The notes under the pieces are model-generated. The model was not told the DNA's origin. It did no database searches and worked only from the letters and a program-made list of their open reading frames with translations. From the IMG/VR virus record IMGVR_UViG_3300032167_000055: a DNA stretch of 64,000 nucleotides. The stretch is one strand, 5' to 3'. Each line of letters starts with the position of its first letter. Position 1 is the stretch's first letter. Of the stretch, positions 27,426-38,106 are shown in pieces. A program made the position numbers and the translations under genes. The stretch comes from an uncultured virus (IMG/VR IMGVR_UViG_3300032167_000055). Lineage: Duplodnaviria > Heunggongvirae > Uroviricota > Caudoviricetes.

Positions 27426-30400
27426 TTATACACCAGCTTCTCCCGTTAACATTACAAAAGATTTTTCAGGATCAGCGTCTGCAGTGTCAATTATCTCATA
27501 TATATTTTTGTATCTATCATAGATTCTAGCAGTAACATCTGGATCTAAATAAATAACTTGAGATTCACCATCATCCGATTCAATCATGAATTCTTTAGTA
27601 AAATCAGGGAAAACTTCAGAGAAGTAAGCCTTATTAAATTGTAATGTATCAGGGTTTCCAAGACCAAGAGGTAACAACTCTTCAAAGAAAAAGATTTTCA
27701 TTTCTTCAATTAAACCATATTCAACATCAAATATGATTGTTTCCTCAGTAGGTTCATTTGGAAGTATGATAGCATTTTCATTTTTAATTGATTCTATATA
27801 TTTATCGATAATAACATCAACTTCCTTAGGACTTAAAAAGATCTCATTTGTAAGATCTGTTGCCAAATAGAAGTATTTGTCATCGCCAACGGATTTTGAA
27901 TAACCGAAATATTCAAAGTCTCTTTCTTTTTCGTAAATAGTAAGTAAATACTTACTTTTAAGACCTCTAAACACAGATTTCGTAGGTCCAAATGCAAATA
28001 AGTTAGGAAGACCAAGTCTTCTACCATTTACATATACTTCGTAATATTCAGGTCTCAAAGGTTTATCAATATATTCAGAGAAGTCTATGATTGCATCTGG
28101 ATCGAACTCTTCCATAGTGCAAATAAGTTCTTTTGTATATGGAGAAAATTCAAACATGTATTGATCTCCTTTTTTACAAAATACCCTTGATTGTACATAG
28201 GATCTTCCTTGTGAATCTACTACCCTAAATGTATTACTTGGTGTTATTCTTCCATTGTAATACATTCTTGCATATGAAACCTCAGGATTTAATTTAAGTT
28301 CAGATAAATCAAATCGTGGATACCCATTTCTATGTGCAACACCTGCAGAAACGAATGACGTTTTGTTTACTTGCACATCTACATTTATAGGGAAAGTTCT
28401 TGTTGTATTTGTAAACTGTATTGAAACATCAGTTACGATACCATATTTATTCACAATATTATGGTTTTCATCTTCCATTGAATAATCGACATCATTTCTT
28501 CTAAGTAACATCGTGTATTCAGTTTCAGGAACTGTAATTCCATTCACTTTAAGTACAATATCACTCATAGTATATTCAACATGATCGACATCAACTAAAT
28601 GAATAACATGAATATCGTCAGAAGACTCAAATTTAAGTGTTTCTACCTGAGGATCTTCCGTTGTCCATTCAAGTTCCATCATGATATAACTATTTTCATT
28701 TACCATATTTGTAGGTAAATATAAATAATCCGTTCCAAGACTATTTATAGTTATGACATCAGTACATAAGATTCCATCGATAAAGATTTTTAATGCTAAA
28801 TAATCTTTACCAGGATTTTTGAATGCAAATACATATCTATCAGTAAGATCAGTGAATTCTACAAAATCCCCAACCTTAACTGAAGGAATTAATAATTTAA
28901 TATCATCAATATATACTTCGTTGTTGATGTCATATGATTTCGAATCCGTTACAATATATGCATTTGGATTTGAATCATCAGTTATATTAGCAGAAGATGC
29001 AAATGATATAATATCATTTTCTCTGTCTTCAAGACGTGTAGATCTTCTTATACGTCCAGACAAATTGATAGTATTGGTGAAGAAATGAAAAAGAGTTTCT
29101 TTTCTTCTTTGTTTAATGACATATTCCGGAAGAACGTTCCAATCAGCTCGTATAAATTCCATCATTCTAGCAATTTTATACTGAAGAGGAATTTCATCTC
29201 CCTGGTAATCGCAAATAAAATCAGGAGTACCATACTTATATTTGTAATCTTGATAATTAAGCATTTTTTCAAATACGGTATAAAATGCTTCCAAATATTC
29301 GTTTTCAAGAACACGAAGTCTAAATACATCCGGATCAGATTCGTTTTCATCTATAGTCTCGTTTACATTATAACCAATTTCCTTAAAATATATCTTATTA
29401 AGGACTTCTTCTAAGGAAAGTTTATTATTAAAACGAGATCTAAGATAATCATAATAAAAATCAAATAGAGGTGTATACCTCATATTTTCATTATGTTTGT
29501 AAAAGTAATATACCTCATATCTATCTTCGATCTTATGATTCTTATCATCTATCTGATAAATATTAGGATAATATAATTTAGTTGTACATTCATATGCTTG
29601 TTCATACCTATCGATTGACGTACCTTCATATATTGATTTGAGAATCAATACATTTTCTTCCGGTACAGGCATAGGAAGAACTGAGCCATCTAAAATAGGA
29701 ATAAACAACTTAGATTCAGGTCTTTCTTCATAAGTTTCTTCTGTGACATAAACTCTTTTAACTGTAGGTACAGTTCCATCAGCAGAAAGAGTAAAGTCAT
29801 ACTTTCTTAAATCTTGGAAAAATATGATCGCAACCTCAATATTTCCCTGTGAATCATTGATAATTTTTGTTGCATTTTTGTTAATTTTTGCAACGATGGT
29901 ATTTTCTTCTACCTTAGTTGGAATAAGGTTAGTTGAATTCTTTTCATTTTTAAATGATACGAAATAAGTTCCAACTTTGAGATTATTGGGATCCTCCAAA
30001 GGAATGATCCCTTTTAATGCATCATCCTTAGTCATAGATATAAATTTGATAACTACGTTAGGGATACACATAATACAAACATCATGAAATTTCTGAGATT
30101 CATATACGTTGTATAAATCCTTTGCAGTCATATGATGAAAAATTATTTTCGTTCCCTGTTCCAGAGGATAAATGCTAATATCCGTTCGAACTTCATTATC
30201 CATAATACCGATAGGAAGTTCTCTAAACAACTTTTTATTGATCATGATCTCAGTAAGAGGAATATCAGTTCTGTAATATTTAGAATTCCTGAATGTTTCC
30301 TTTACTTCAGGAGCTATTATGTCATGATCAATATTTACACAGACTCTCCTCTTATTATCAAGATATAAGTCGCCGAATCGAACCTCACCATATTCAGCGA

Positions 30401-30740
30401 GTATTCTTTTAAGTCTTGCAATTTCGTTAGGGTCAGGATTTTCAGATTTTTCAAGTTCCATCAATTTATCGCCATTTTCCTTAAGACCCATTTTAATATC
30501 GTTATAGGTTGTATTTAACAAATACTCTCTTGTTTGAAAGTGAAAACGTGAATAATTAACGGAATCTCTTTGCAATCTATAAAGATATGCATAAGACGAT
30601 TCCATTGTTTCTTTCAATGTATCTGTTACTGCACTTTCTCTAAAAGAGTTGTTAATTTCAGTTTCTTTAAGAAGCTTCTCTAACGTATCAGGAAGCCCTA
30701 ACACTGGTTTCCAGTCTTTAATTGGAGCCATTATTAACAC
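27426..30740 (-). CDS. Large probable virion (tail/baseplate) protein, ~1101 aa
   Basis: Repeated [IV][FY]..G..L beta-sandwich motifs (IFIDG, YYNGR, VYVNGRRL); late promoter at 30764-30775. Confidence 0.6.
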   Translation of the reverse strand: MLIMAPIKDWKPVLGLPDTLEKLLKETEINNSFRESAVTDTLKETMESSYAYLYRLQRDSVNYSRFHFQTREYLLNTTYNDIKMGLKENGDKLMELEKSENPDPNEIARLKRILAEYGEVRFGDLYLDNKRRVCVNIDHDIIAPEVKETFRNSKYYRTDIPLTEIMINKKLFRELPIGIMDNEVRTDISIYPLEQGTKIIFHHMTAKDLYNVYESQKFHDVCIMCIPNVVIKFISMTKDDALKGIIPLEDPNNLKVGTYFVSFKNEKNSTNLIPTKVEENTIVAKINKNATKIINDSQGNIEVAIIFFQDLRKYDFTLSADGTVPTVKRVYVTEETYEERPESKLFIPILDGSVLPMPVPEENVLILKSIYEGTSIDRYEQAYECTTKLYYPNIYQIDDKNHKIEDRYEVYYFYKHNENMRYTPLFDFYYDYLRSRFNNKLSLEEVLNKIYFKEIGYNVNETIDENESDPDVFRLRVLENEYLEAFYTVFEKMLNYQDYKYKYGTPDFICDYQGDEIPLQYKIARMMEFIRADWNVLPEYVIKQRRKETLFHFFTNTINLSGRIRRSTRLEDRENDIISFASSANITDDSNPNAYIVTDSKSYDINNEVYIDDIKLLIPSVKVGDFVEFTDLTDRYVFAFKNPGKDYLALKIFIDGILCTDVITINSLGTDYLYLPTNMVNENSYIMMELEWTTEDPQVETLKFESSDDIHVIHLVDVDHVEYTMSDIVLKVNGITVPETEYTMLLRRNDVDYSMEDENHNIVNKYGIVTDVSIQFTNTTRTFPINVDVQVNKTSFVSAGVAHRNGYPRFDLSELKLNPEVSYARMYYNGRITPSNTFRVVDSQGRSYVQSRVFCKKGDQYMFEFSPYTKELICTMEEFDPDAIIDFSEYIDKPLRPEYYEVYVNGRRLGLPNLFAFGPTKSVFRGLKSKYLLTIYEKERDFEYFGYSKSVGDDKYFYLATDLTNEIFLSPKEVDVIIDKYIESIKNENAIILPNEPTEETIIFDVEYGLIEEMKIFFFEELLPLGLGNPDTLQFNKAYFSEVFPDFTKEFMIESDDGESQVIYLDPDVTARIYDRYKNIYEIIDTADADPEKSFVMLTGEAGV

Positions 30741-30837
30741 CTACTTTCTTTTAGTTTCAGTATTAGAATAATGTTTTTTCGTTGATTTTACCCTGGGTTT
30801 GTAAACATATATTATTTATGTATATAAATATAAAGGA

Positions 30838-31452
30838 GTGAAAATCATGGTTCATTTTTATAACGATCATAACACGTATATATCAAATGAATTAATTAAA
30901 CGTGAAATATACGATAGATTTGTGAGACAAACTAGTGTTGATGGATTAAGTTTTCCTCCATGGAGAACAGATCATATATCTAGAGCGAGTCAATATGTAG
31001 ATTTTCTATTAGAATTATCCAATATTGTATACCCTGAAATAGCAAAAAGTTTCTTATCAGATGTTTATGAAGATATGACTTGTGGAGACGATGATTTTTC
31101 TATAGATAATAATATCAATGATTTAATATATGCTATAATATCTAAACCGTGGACTATTTTATATCCTGATTATTATGCAATAGGAGGATGGACTGAAAAT
31201 CGTATGGGTCATTATACATGCGCAGATCATATTCGTGATATGGAAATAAAACGAAGAGATAGTTCTGATATAGAGCATATTGATATGTATCAATTTATAC
31301 CATATTATGCTCGAGGTAGAAGACCTGCTACTGTTAAAGCATATGACACTCTATCAAGTGATTTCTCGTCTGAAGAATTTGAATTGAAGCAATTTAAAAC
31401 TGAAAGTGTTTCTAATTATAGAGGGAGGAGGTTATATAATAGATGGAGTTAA
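30838..31452 (+). CDS. Hypothetical early protein, ~201 aa
   Basis: Early promoter at 30808-30815. Confidence 0.7.
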   Translation: MKIMVHFYNDHNTYISNELIKREIYDRFVRQTSVDGLSFPPWRTDHISRASQYVDFLLELSNIVYPEIAKSFLSDVYEDMTCGDDDFSIDNNINDLIYAIISKPWTILYPDYYAIGGWTENRMGHYTCADHIRDMEIKRRDSSDIEHIDMYQFIPYYARGRRPATVKAYDTLSSDFSSEEFELKQFKTESVSNYRGRRLYNRWS

Positions 31453-32087
31453 TAAGAGGATATGAAGATATTAGAAATAATACTATAACAGGAGAATGGA
31501 CGATATCTGTTTCAGAACGTAATATGATGTTAATGCAGGATGTAAATGACTACCATGCTAAAAAAGAGAAACATGATTCCATTAATCAATTTGATGAGAA
31601 TATTGATAAATATATAGAAGTTTCAAAAATTCTTTCCGGAAGTTATTTCCAATGTTTATATAACAGGTGGGTACGAGAAATTCTTCATTGTCCTGTTCTT
31701 GATGTTAATAGTTCTTTTGATAATTATAGATTTGATTCGCTTCATAATCTTATATATAATCCAGATTATATAAGTATGACGACTATTAGAACTCCTAAAC
31801 ATCCATGGTATAAATACGGTGAACATAGAGAAGAAAGCCTTACGAAACGATTACAACGATTATATTCAACGATGGGATTTGAAAAGAATAATATTTCATC
31901 TAGTTTAATTATGATGGAAGTTGGTCTTAGATTAAAATTAGAAACTAGTGATCATGGTGATATAGATGACATATATGATTCAGAGAATGAAGATCCCGAA
32001 ACTCCAGTTTGTCCTATTGATATATACAAAAAACTTTGTGAATTGAATGGATATGATGAAATGGTATCTTCTCATTATTCAATATAA
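31443..32087 (+). CDS. Hypothetical early protein, 214 aa
   Basis: SD GGAGGAGG; bidirectional terminator at 32109-32146. Confidence 0.7.
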   Translation: MELIRGYEDIRNNTITGEWTISVSERNMMLMQDVNDYHAKKEKHDSINQFDENIDKYIEVSKILSGSYFQCLYNRWVREILHCPVLDVNSSFDNYRFDSLHNLIYNPDYISMTTIRTPKHPWYKYGEHREESLTKRLQRLYSTMGFEKNNISSSLIMMEVGLRLKLETSDHGDIDDIYDSENEDPETPVCPIDIYKKLCELNGYDEMVSSHYSI

Positions 32088-32149
32088 TATATGGATTACA
32101 GAAATAAGAAATCCATACACTCAAAAGAGTGTATGGATTTTTTTTTAAA

Positions 32150-33889
32150 TTACGTATATTGAATCGATTGAGAATCATCAAAAGGATCGAATTCTACCAT
32201 TTGATAAATACTCTTATTTATGGCAGTTTTTTCTTCCCTTTCAACTGCATTCTTTTTACCGCGTTTCATATCTTCTAACGCAGACATTTGATTACTCATA
32301 CCAAGCATCATCAGAGGTCTATCGAGTTCAACATCATCAATTAACCTGATTTCATTTCCAGGTTCATAAGGATGATTGAAATATTCGAGTTTTCTCATCT
32401 TGTCATTTTCATCGCTTGACCTATATCTTCGTTTAAGAAGTTTGAATGTCATAAATAATTCAAGAGTTTCTGTTTTAACCTCCTGGTTCAAAACACAAAC
32501 CCAGTCTGAATTTTCTATGATCTCCCATGCTCCAGCAACACCATCACGTCCAATTAACTTTGTAACATCTTCTTTTTTAGCTTGTAACGCAGCATCAACT
32601 ACAGAAGATGCAACTCTGTTAAGCTGTTGCGCTGTTATAACAGGTACGTCAAAATGTGTTGCTAAATTCTTAAGTTCATTTGTGATATTCTTAAGTTCTT
32701 CTTTTTCACTTGCAGCTTTTTCTGCAGGTGCTATTCTTTTTACGTAGTCGAGAATTAATGCAATAACTTCGTCGCCCTCATCATTTAAATCTTGAAATAT
32801 ACCATAGAGATCATCCGTGGTAATAGATCTATTTGGATAATATGTAATAATGATATTAACGTTGTTATTATCTGTAAGGGTTAAGTTACCACCATCTTTT
32901 AATTTCTTTATAATCTGCTTAGGTGTATAATTACGAATATCATCTGCTGAAACCATCATATTGAATATACGTTCAATAGTTTCTTCGATTGAATTTTCCA
33001 TTGTAATATATAACACTGCAGGTCTTTTCTCTGGGTCTTTTGCTTTTACATGACCGTTATATTTCTTAATATCAAGAGCTGATTTAAGAAGTATTTGAGA
33101 TTTACCACCACCAGGGAATGCAAGATACATATAAAGTCTCTTAGACATATATCCTGGTGCTAATAAAGCATTTAATCCCTGAATACCAGTTTTGAAAATC
33201 TTCATTCTATCTTGTAACTTCGTTACAGCAGATACAATCATTTCATCAAACTTATCAGGATCCAAAGTGAATTTTTCATCACTTTCTAAACTATTAGTAT
33301 TTCGTCTTATATTAACGATTGATATTGCAAGTTGTTCAAGATCATCTGCAATATCTTTATATGATGAATATTCTTCATCATCAATTGCATTTAAAAATTC
33401 TTGTAAAACTTCTTTTATAGTTATTACATAACCAAAACGAAGTCTATCATCAAGTTTACGAATAAGTTTCTTGCTATCTTCGTAACCTATATTAAGTGAA
33501 TCTATATTCTTAACATAATCATGTATAAGTTCATCAGACTCACTATCATCCATAAGCTCAGATTTGATAGCATTATATGATTCAAGTCTAGTCTCTACCA
33601 TTAGATGTAAAGACTTTAAAATTACCCAGAACCTAACTCGTAAATCTGGATTCGCATAATAAGGTTCTGGATTTATATTTGAAAATAATTTAAAAATATT
33701 CTTCAACAACTTTTGTGTTTTTAATACACTATCTTTATATAGAAAAGCAACTATAGAATCGAGTGTGAATATTTCTAGCTTTAAGTTGATTTTCTTTAAT
33801 TTGAGTTGTTGAAAGTTAGTTATCTCTTTCAACTTAAGGGAAACGTCGTTCTCTTTTTTATGTTGAATTAATTCCATATTCTTTGCCAT
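32150..33889 (-). CDS. DnaB-like replicative helicase, 579 aa
   Basis: AFPGGGKS Walker A, YITMENS, LILDYVK, PVITAQQLNR, ENSD, LLKRR. Confidence 0.9.
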   Translation of the reverse strand: MAKNMELIQHKKENDVSLKLKEITNFQQLKLKKINLKLEIFTLDSIVAFLYKDSVLKTQKLLKNIFKLFSNINPEPYYANPDLRVRFWVILKSLHLMVETRLESYNAIKSELMDDSESDELIHDYVKNIDSLNIGYEDSKKLIRKLDDRLRFGYVITIKEVLQEFLNAIDDEEYSSYKDIADDLEQLAISIVNIRRNTNSLESDEKFTLDPDKFDEMIVSAVTKLQDRMKIFKTGIQGLNALLAPGYMSKRLYMYLAFPGGGKSQILLKSALDIKKYNGHVKAKDPEKRPAVLYITMENSIEETIERIFNMMVSADDIRNYTPKQIIKKLKDGGNLTLTDNNNVNIIITYYPNRSITTDDLYGIFQDLNDEGDEVIALILDYVKRIAPAEKAASEKEELKNITNELKNLATHFDVPVITAQQLNRVASSVVDAALQAKKEDVTKLIGRDGVAGAWEIIENSDWVCVLNQEVKTETLELFMTFKLLKRRYRSSDENDKMRKLEYFNHPYEPGNEIRLIDDVELDRPLMMLGMSNQMSALEDMKRGKKNAVEREEKTAINKSIYQMVEFDPFDDSQSIQYT

Positions 33890-33971
33890 AAAACAAGTTT
33901 CCTTTTCTCTTTACTAAGTTAATATTTCTGTTGGAAGAAAAATAAGACATTATTCTAATAGAAAATTAGAG

Positions 33972-34445
33972 GTGACTTTTATGAATGATATCGCATTACC
34001 AATTGGTAAAATTATAAAGGCTAAAGTAATTAGTCCTATAAAAGCTAGCAAAGATTATGCTAAGGCTAAAATTACTTTAAGAAAATATGAAAAACAGACA
34101 AATGTAATACCACTTTCTAAATTAAAAAAGAAAATGTTTTCATCTAATGAAAATTTTGTTGATATGGATAAAGAAATATCTAATCCATTAATCAAACTTT
34201 TAAAATCTTCATCTGCTAACACAACAGATGTGTATTATGATTCAAATAATAAAGCGATACTTTCATGTTCATATAAAATGACGCAACGATTAATGAATAA
34301 AGACTCTCAGATAATTTGCAATTGTATTACAGCTGAGGCAACGCTTCATTCAGATTATTACTATGTGGCTTTGTGCATGAGACATAATATCGTTACAGAT
34401 CAAACTGAATCATTATTAACAGGACTTCAGACTAAGATTCGGTGA
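33972..34445 (+). CDS. Hypothetical protein, ~154 aa
   Basis: Variant late promoter GACA-N6-TA at 33946-33957. Confidence 0.65.
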   Translation: MTFMNDIALPIGKIIKAKVISPIKASKDYAKAKITLRKYEKQTNVIPLSKLKKKMFSSNENFVDMDKEISNPLIKLLKSSSANTTDVYYDSNNKAILSCSYKMTQRLMNKDSQIICNCITAEATLHSDYYYVALCMRHNIVTDQTESLLTGLQTKIR

Positions 34446-34530
34446 AAATACCGCTTTCTTTCATTGTATAAAGTTTCCTTCTTAAATCGGCAATGTAATG
34501 GAGTAGCATGTGCTACTCCATTACGCTGTC

Positions 34531-35016
34531 TTATAACCCATGGTATTTATCAACAAGTTTCTTTACATTTTCAATAATCCAAACTCTGTAGTTTGGTTTC
34601 TCTTCTCCAAATACAATTGCTCTTAAAACATCATCAAATATAATAGCAACAAATGATAAGAAGAACCATAAAATCATAAATAATAAACAAACTTGTCCCA
34701 TGATATTGAATGGCAAGTTAGAATAATCCCATACATCCCATCCAAGTTTTACATTTATTAATAAACCTGCAAAAAATTCAACGACAGTAATAATTACAGA
34801 TGCTATAACAGCCTGAATTTCAAGATACATTTTGTATGTGAATACTTCATTAATAAGACCTACGAGAATGAAGCACAAACCTCCTACAATTCCCATAGAC
34901 CAATGTGTATGACCTCTCCATAGTATTTCTACACCGAGGTATACAATACCTCCTGCAATAAAAAGAGCTAAAAGTTTAATTACATGATTTAAAACTTTTT
35001 CTAAATATTTGTCCAT
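34531..35016 (-). CDS. Multi-pass membrane protein of the DUF1113/CmpB-TMEM229-like family, 161 aa
   Basis: EILWRGHTHWSM..GG and EFFAGL...WDYSNLPFNIMGQVCL signature. Confidence 0.8.
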   Translation of the reverse strand: MDKYLEKVLNHVIKLLALFIAGGIVYLGVEILWRGHTHWSMGIVGGLCFILVGLINEVFTYKMYLEIQAVIASVIITVVEFFAGLLINVKLGWDVWDYSNLPFNIMGQVCLLFMILWFFLSFVAIIFDDVLRAIVFGEEKPNYRVWIIENVKKLVDKYHGL

Positions 35017-35097
35017 TTATTTGTTCCTCCTAATAAACATAATATGACAGGTACTAGTTTCCTAGTACCTGTCATTACGTTTAACTGAATTATCAGA

Positions 35098-35846
35098 TTA
35101 AACAATCTGCAACATGAGATCGGTCTCAGACAGATCTGCAGGAATCTCTTCAGCAACGATAACACGTGCCTGAGCTGCAGCAACACCCTGCAATACAGCG
35201 ATGTCTTCAGCGTTCTTAACAGCCTTAGCATCAACAGCGGCAACAGCCTCTTCAGCGGCAGTCTTGTTAGCAGCGATGTCTTCAGCGTTCTTAACAGCCT
35301 TAGCATCAACAGCGGCAATAGCCTCTTCAGCAGCAGTCTTGTTAGCAGCAACAGTCTGAGTCAATGCAGCGATATCAGTCTTATTCTGCTCAGCCTTAGC
35401 TTCAGTAGCATCAGCAGCAGTCTTGTTTCAGTTACAGTCTGAGTCAATGCAGTAACTGCATCTTCAGCAGCCTTCTTGTTAGCAGCAACGGTCTGAGTCA
35501 ACTCACCAATAGCGGTTTCGTTAGCAGCAGCCTTAGCTTCAACAGCGTCAAGGCGATCCTTAATAGCGGATAACTGACCTGCGATAGATGTAGCAACATC
35601 TTCCTGACTCAAGTAGTCGATCAACTCACGCAGAGTATCAAGTGCAGAGTCAGTACCAGCAAAATCAACATCCTTCTTGAAAGTATTCCATGCTTCCAAA
35701 TCAGTGTAAACAGTAGACAATACATCAGCCAAAGCCTTAACTTCGGTACCGTAAGTAACCTCTACCTGTGCACCAGATGTCTTAGGAAGTAATTCGAAAA
35801 TTTCGTCAGCGATTTTACGCTTAATAATAACATTCTTAGATGCCAT
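35098..35846 (-). CDS. Coiled-coil fibre-like virion protein, ~249 aa, split by a 1-nt frameshift at 35426-35428
   Basis: Track ORFs 35361-35846 and 35098-35364 join into one repeat protein if one A is added (GAA AAC AAG ACT); high codon bias; late promoter at 35914-35925. Confidence 0.7.
35196..35349. repeat. 75-nt tandem repeat, 2 copies (25-aa unit AANKTAAEEA[IV]AAVDAKAVKNAEDI)
   Basis: Near-identical copies start at 35196 and 35271. Confidence 0.9.
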
Positions 35847-35954
35847 TACAATTTACCTCTCTTTCGATTTTTTTGTAGGTTAGTTATATTGATAGGGGTG
35901 GTCCCATTTCAATTATTTTAATGTTCAATTTATTTATCCCCGATAATTACGGTA

Positions 35955-36281
35955 TTATTCTACATCGGTAGATGTCATTGTAGGATCATATACATTAAAC
36001 CAGTAACCTCCATTTGCGAAAGTAGGCTTAACTGAATCTACTACAATTGAGTTTTCTGCCATATGATTATATTTTTCAACCATTTCGGGGGTGATAAATC
36101 CAGGTTCTCCAGTCTCAGGATTTACTGGTACTAATTTATCACTAATGCTTTCTAATTGAGCACGTAATGGTTTCCCAGTAATCGGATCAAGAACTGCATC
36201 TATTTGAGTTTCAGGATGGATAACGTCGCGGTTACCTTGTTCATCCTGAGGTGTATATTGTCTGCCAATAATGGTTCCCAT
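35955..36281 (-). CDS. Tail-fibre-associated small protein, 108 aa
   Basis: IHPETQIDAV motif; SD GAAAGGAAGG; late promoter at 36312-36323. Confidence 0.55.
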   Translation of the reverse strand: MGTIIGRQYTPQDEQGNRDVIHPETQIDAVLDPITGKPLRAQLESISDKLVPVNPETGEPGFITPEMVEKYNHMAENSIVVDSVKPTFANGGYWFNVYDPTMTSTDVE

Positions 36282-36402
36282 ATTTGACACCCTTCCTTTC
36301 TTATTGATCATTAGTTAAATGTTTCTTTTCAATAAAGAAAGCGTAAATATTTTTAATAGTTATTCTAACAAAAAGTTAAACGAATTTGAAAGGTGGTAAA
36401 AT

Positions 36403-37017
36403 ATGAGATTTCATAATATTGAACCTAATAATATTGAAAATGGTGCAGGAATAAGAACTGTTCTTTGGGTTTCCGGTTGTTTTCATAATTGTAAAGATTG
36501 CCATAATCCAGTTACGCATGATCCTGAAGATGGGGTATTATTTGATGAAGAATCTATGAAAGAGATTCTTGATGATTTAAATCATGATTATATTCACGGT
36601 TTAACTTTAAGCGGCGGTGATCCTCTTACATATTATCCTGAAGATGTCGTTGAAGTAATCAAAAAAGTAAATGAAACTTATGGCGATGAAAAAACCATTT
36701 GGTTATATACAGGATTCACATTAGATTGGATTATCAAAACTATATTATCTAATACAGATAGAGAAGTGATTGATACATATTGTGGAATCCTTCTTGGGAT
36801 TGATGTGCTTTGTGATGGTAAATATGAAAATGATAAAAATGATAAAGACTATCATTGGGTAGGATCTACAAATCAGAGAGTAATTGATATTAAGAAAACT
36901 CTTGCTCATAATAAAGTTGTATTTTTGGAACCCGAACAAGAAAAATTATGTACCACAGATAATACAGAAACAAATGAATTGATTCGTCAATTCAATAAAT
37001 TTTTAGAAACACGATAA
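36403..37017 (+). CDS. nrdG: Anaerobic ribonucleotide reductase activating enzyme (radical SAM), 204 aa
   Basis: NGAGIRTVLWVSGCFHNCKDCHNP, GLTLSGGDP, WLYTG, DVLCDG, GSTNQRVID; late promoter at 36367-36378. Confidence 0.93.
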   Translation: MRFHNIEPNNIENGAGIRTVLWVSGCFHNCKDCHNPVTHDPEDGVLFDEESMKEILDDLNHDYIHGLTLSGGDPLTYYPEDVVEVIKKVNETYGDEKTIWLYTGFTLDWIIKTILSNTDREVIDTYCGILLGIDVLCDGKYENDKNDKDYHWVGSTNQRVIDIKKTLAHNKVVFLEPEQEKLCTTDNTETNELIRQFNKFLETR

Positions 37018-37020
37018 AAA

Positions 37021-37052
37021 ATGAAGAGATAAGCATTTGCTTATCTCTTCAT
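37021..37052. terminator. Terminator hairpin between convergent genes
   Basis: ATGAAGAGATAAGCA/TGCTTATCTCTTCAT. Confidence 0.8.
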
Positions 37053-37054
37053 AA

Positions 37055-38053
37055 TTATTCGAAAATAAGATCTTTAATAACATTTTCAGCTTCTCTCATA
37101 AAATAAATATATACAGCAGCTGTATATAATACATTCGGAGAAGCGTGTTCGACAAACGGATTTTCGGTTAAAGATGTCAATACATACAAAATTTCATTAA
37201 AACTTATATATTTAGACTCATCATTTATTCGTATACGTATAGATCCATTTTCAGATGATGCAAAATACATTTCATCAAATGATATTTTACGATTACGATT
37301 ATATTCAAGTTTGTTATTTTTTAACACAAATTTAGGAATTGATTTGCACCAAAACTCGTCTTGAATACTTCTTATTACGTTTTTGTAATCTGTAGCATAA
37401 TCTACACATTTACCACTTTGATTAGTTATTATCTTCGATAATAACTCAAGATATTTTATTCCGTTTGTATTAATTATAGTTAAAATATCATCATTCAATT
37501 TAGTAAACGCCATCGTATAACCTTTAAATACATGAGGTTCTGTAATGGATGATACTGCGAATTTAACTCTGTCATATTCAAACTTAAATTTATTTTCACG
37601 ATCTCTAAGTTTATCTTGCCACCGTGTATATGATATCCCAGACGGAAGGTCACCATTAACTCCAACTATAGTATCATAAAATACAAATAAAAATTCTTTA
37701 AAATATTCATCGTTATTTTCCACTAAATCATTTAAAAACAAAGATCCAAAATCAAATAATGGATGATAATTTGCTAATTTAGTAAAATTTGCAATTTTAC
37801 TCATCCACTGACCTTCATCACCCATTGAATGTATGACGTTTTCAATTTCAGATATTTTCATTGTAGTTTTATCTTCGAAAATAAGATTTAACATATTAAC
37901 AATGTCATCTAATGATGATATTGGTTGATAGTGTAAGGTATCAATAAATTCGATAACTGCACTGGTGAATGAAAAATTGTTATTTATATATTTACGAATA
38001 GACATATTTACATTCTTACATGATTCAGTATTTGTTTTCCTAAAAAATTTCAT
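37055..38053 (-). CDS. Hypothetical protein, 332 aa
   Basis: SD AAGGAG. Confidence 0.75.
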   Translation of the reverse strand: MKFFRKTNTESCKNVNMSIRKYINNNFSFTSAVIEFIDTLHYQPISSLDDIVNMLNLIFEDKTTMKISEIENVIHSMGDEGQWMSKIANFTKLANYHPLFDFGSLFLNDLVENNDEYFKEFLFVFYDTIVGVNGDLPSGISYTRWQDKLRDRENKFKFEYDRVKFAVSSITEPHVFKGYTMAFTKLNDDILTIINTNGIKYLELLSKIITNQSGKCVDYATDYKNVIRSIQDEFWCKSIPKFVLKNNKLEYNRNRKISFDEMYFASSENGSIRIRINDESKYISFNEILYVLTSLTENPFVEHASPNVLYTAAVYIYFMREAENVIKDLIFE

Positions 38054-38106
38054 TTCTTCTCCTTTTAAAAAATATAGGGTAGAAACTAATCTACCCTATA
38101 CATTTA

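Noticed and set aside
35196..35349. Tandem repeat as a CRISPR array or DGR template
   Set aside because: In-frame coding repeat with no spacers; no cas or reverse transcriptase gene in the window.
35001..35351. Leu/Arg-rich 116-aa ORF
   Set aside because: Alternative-frame reading of the alanine-rich repeat gene.
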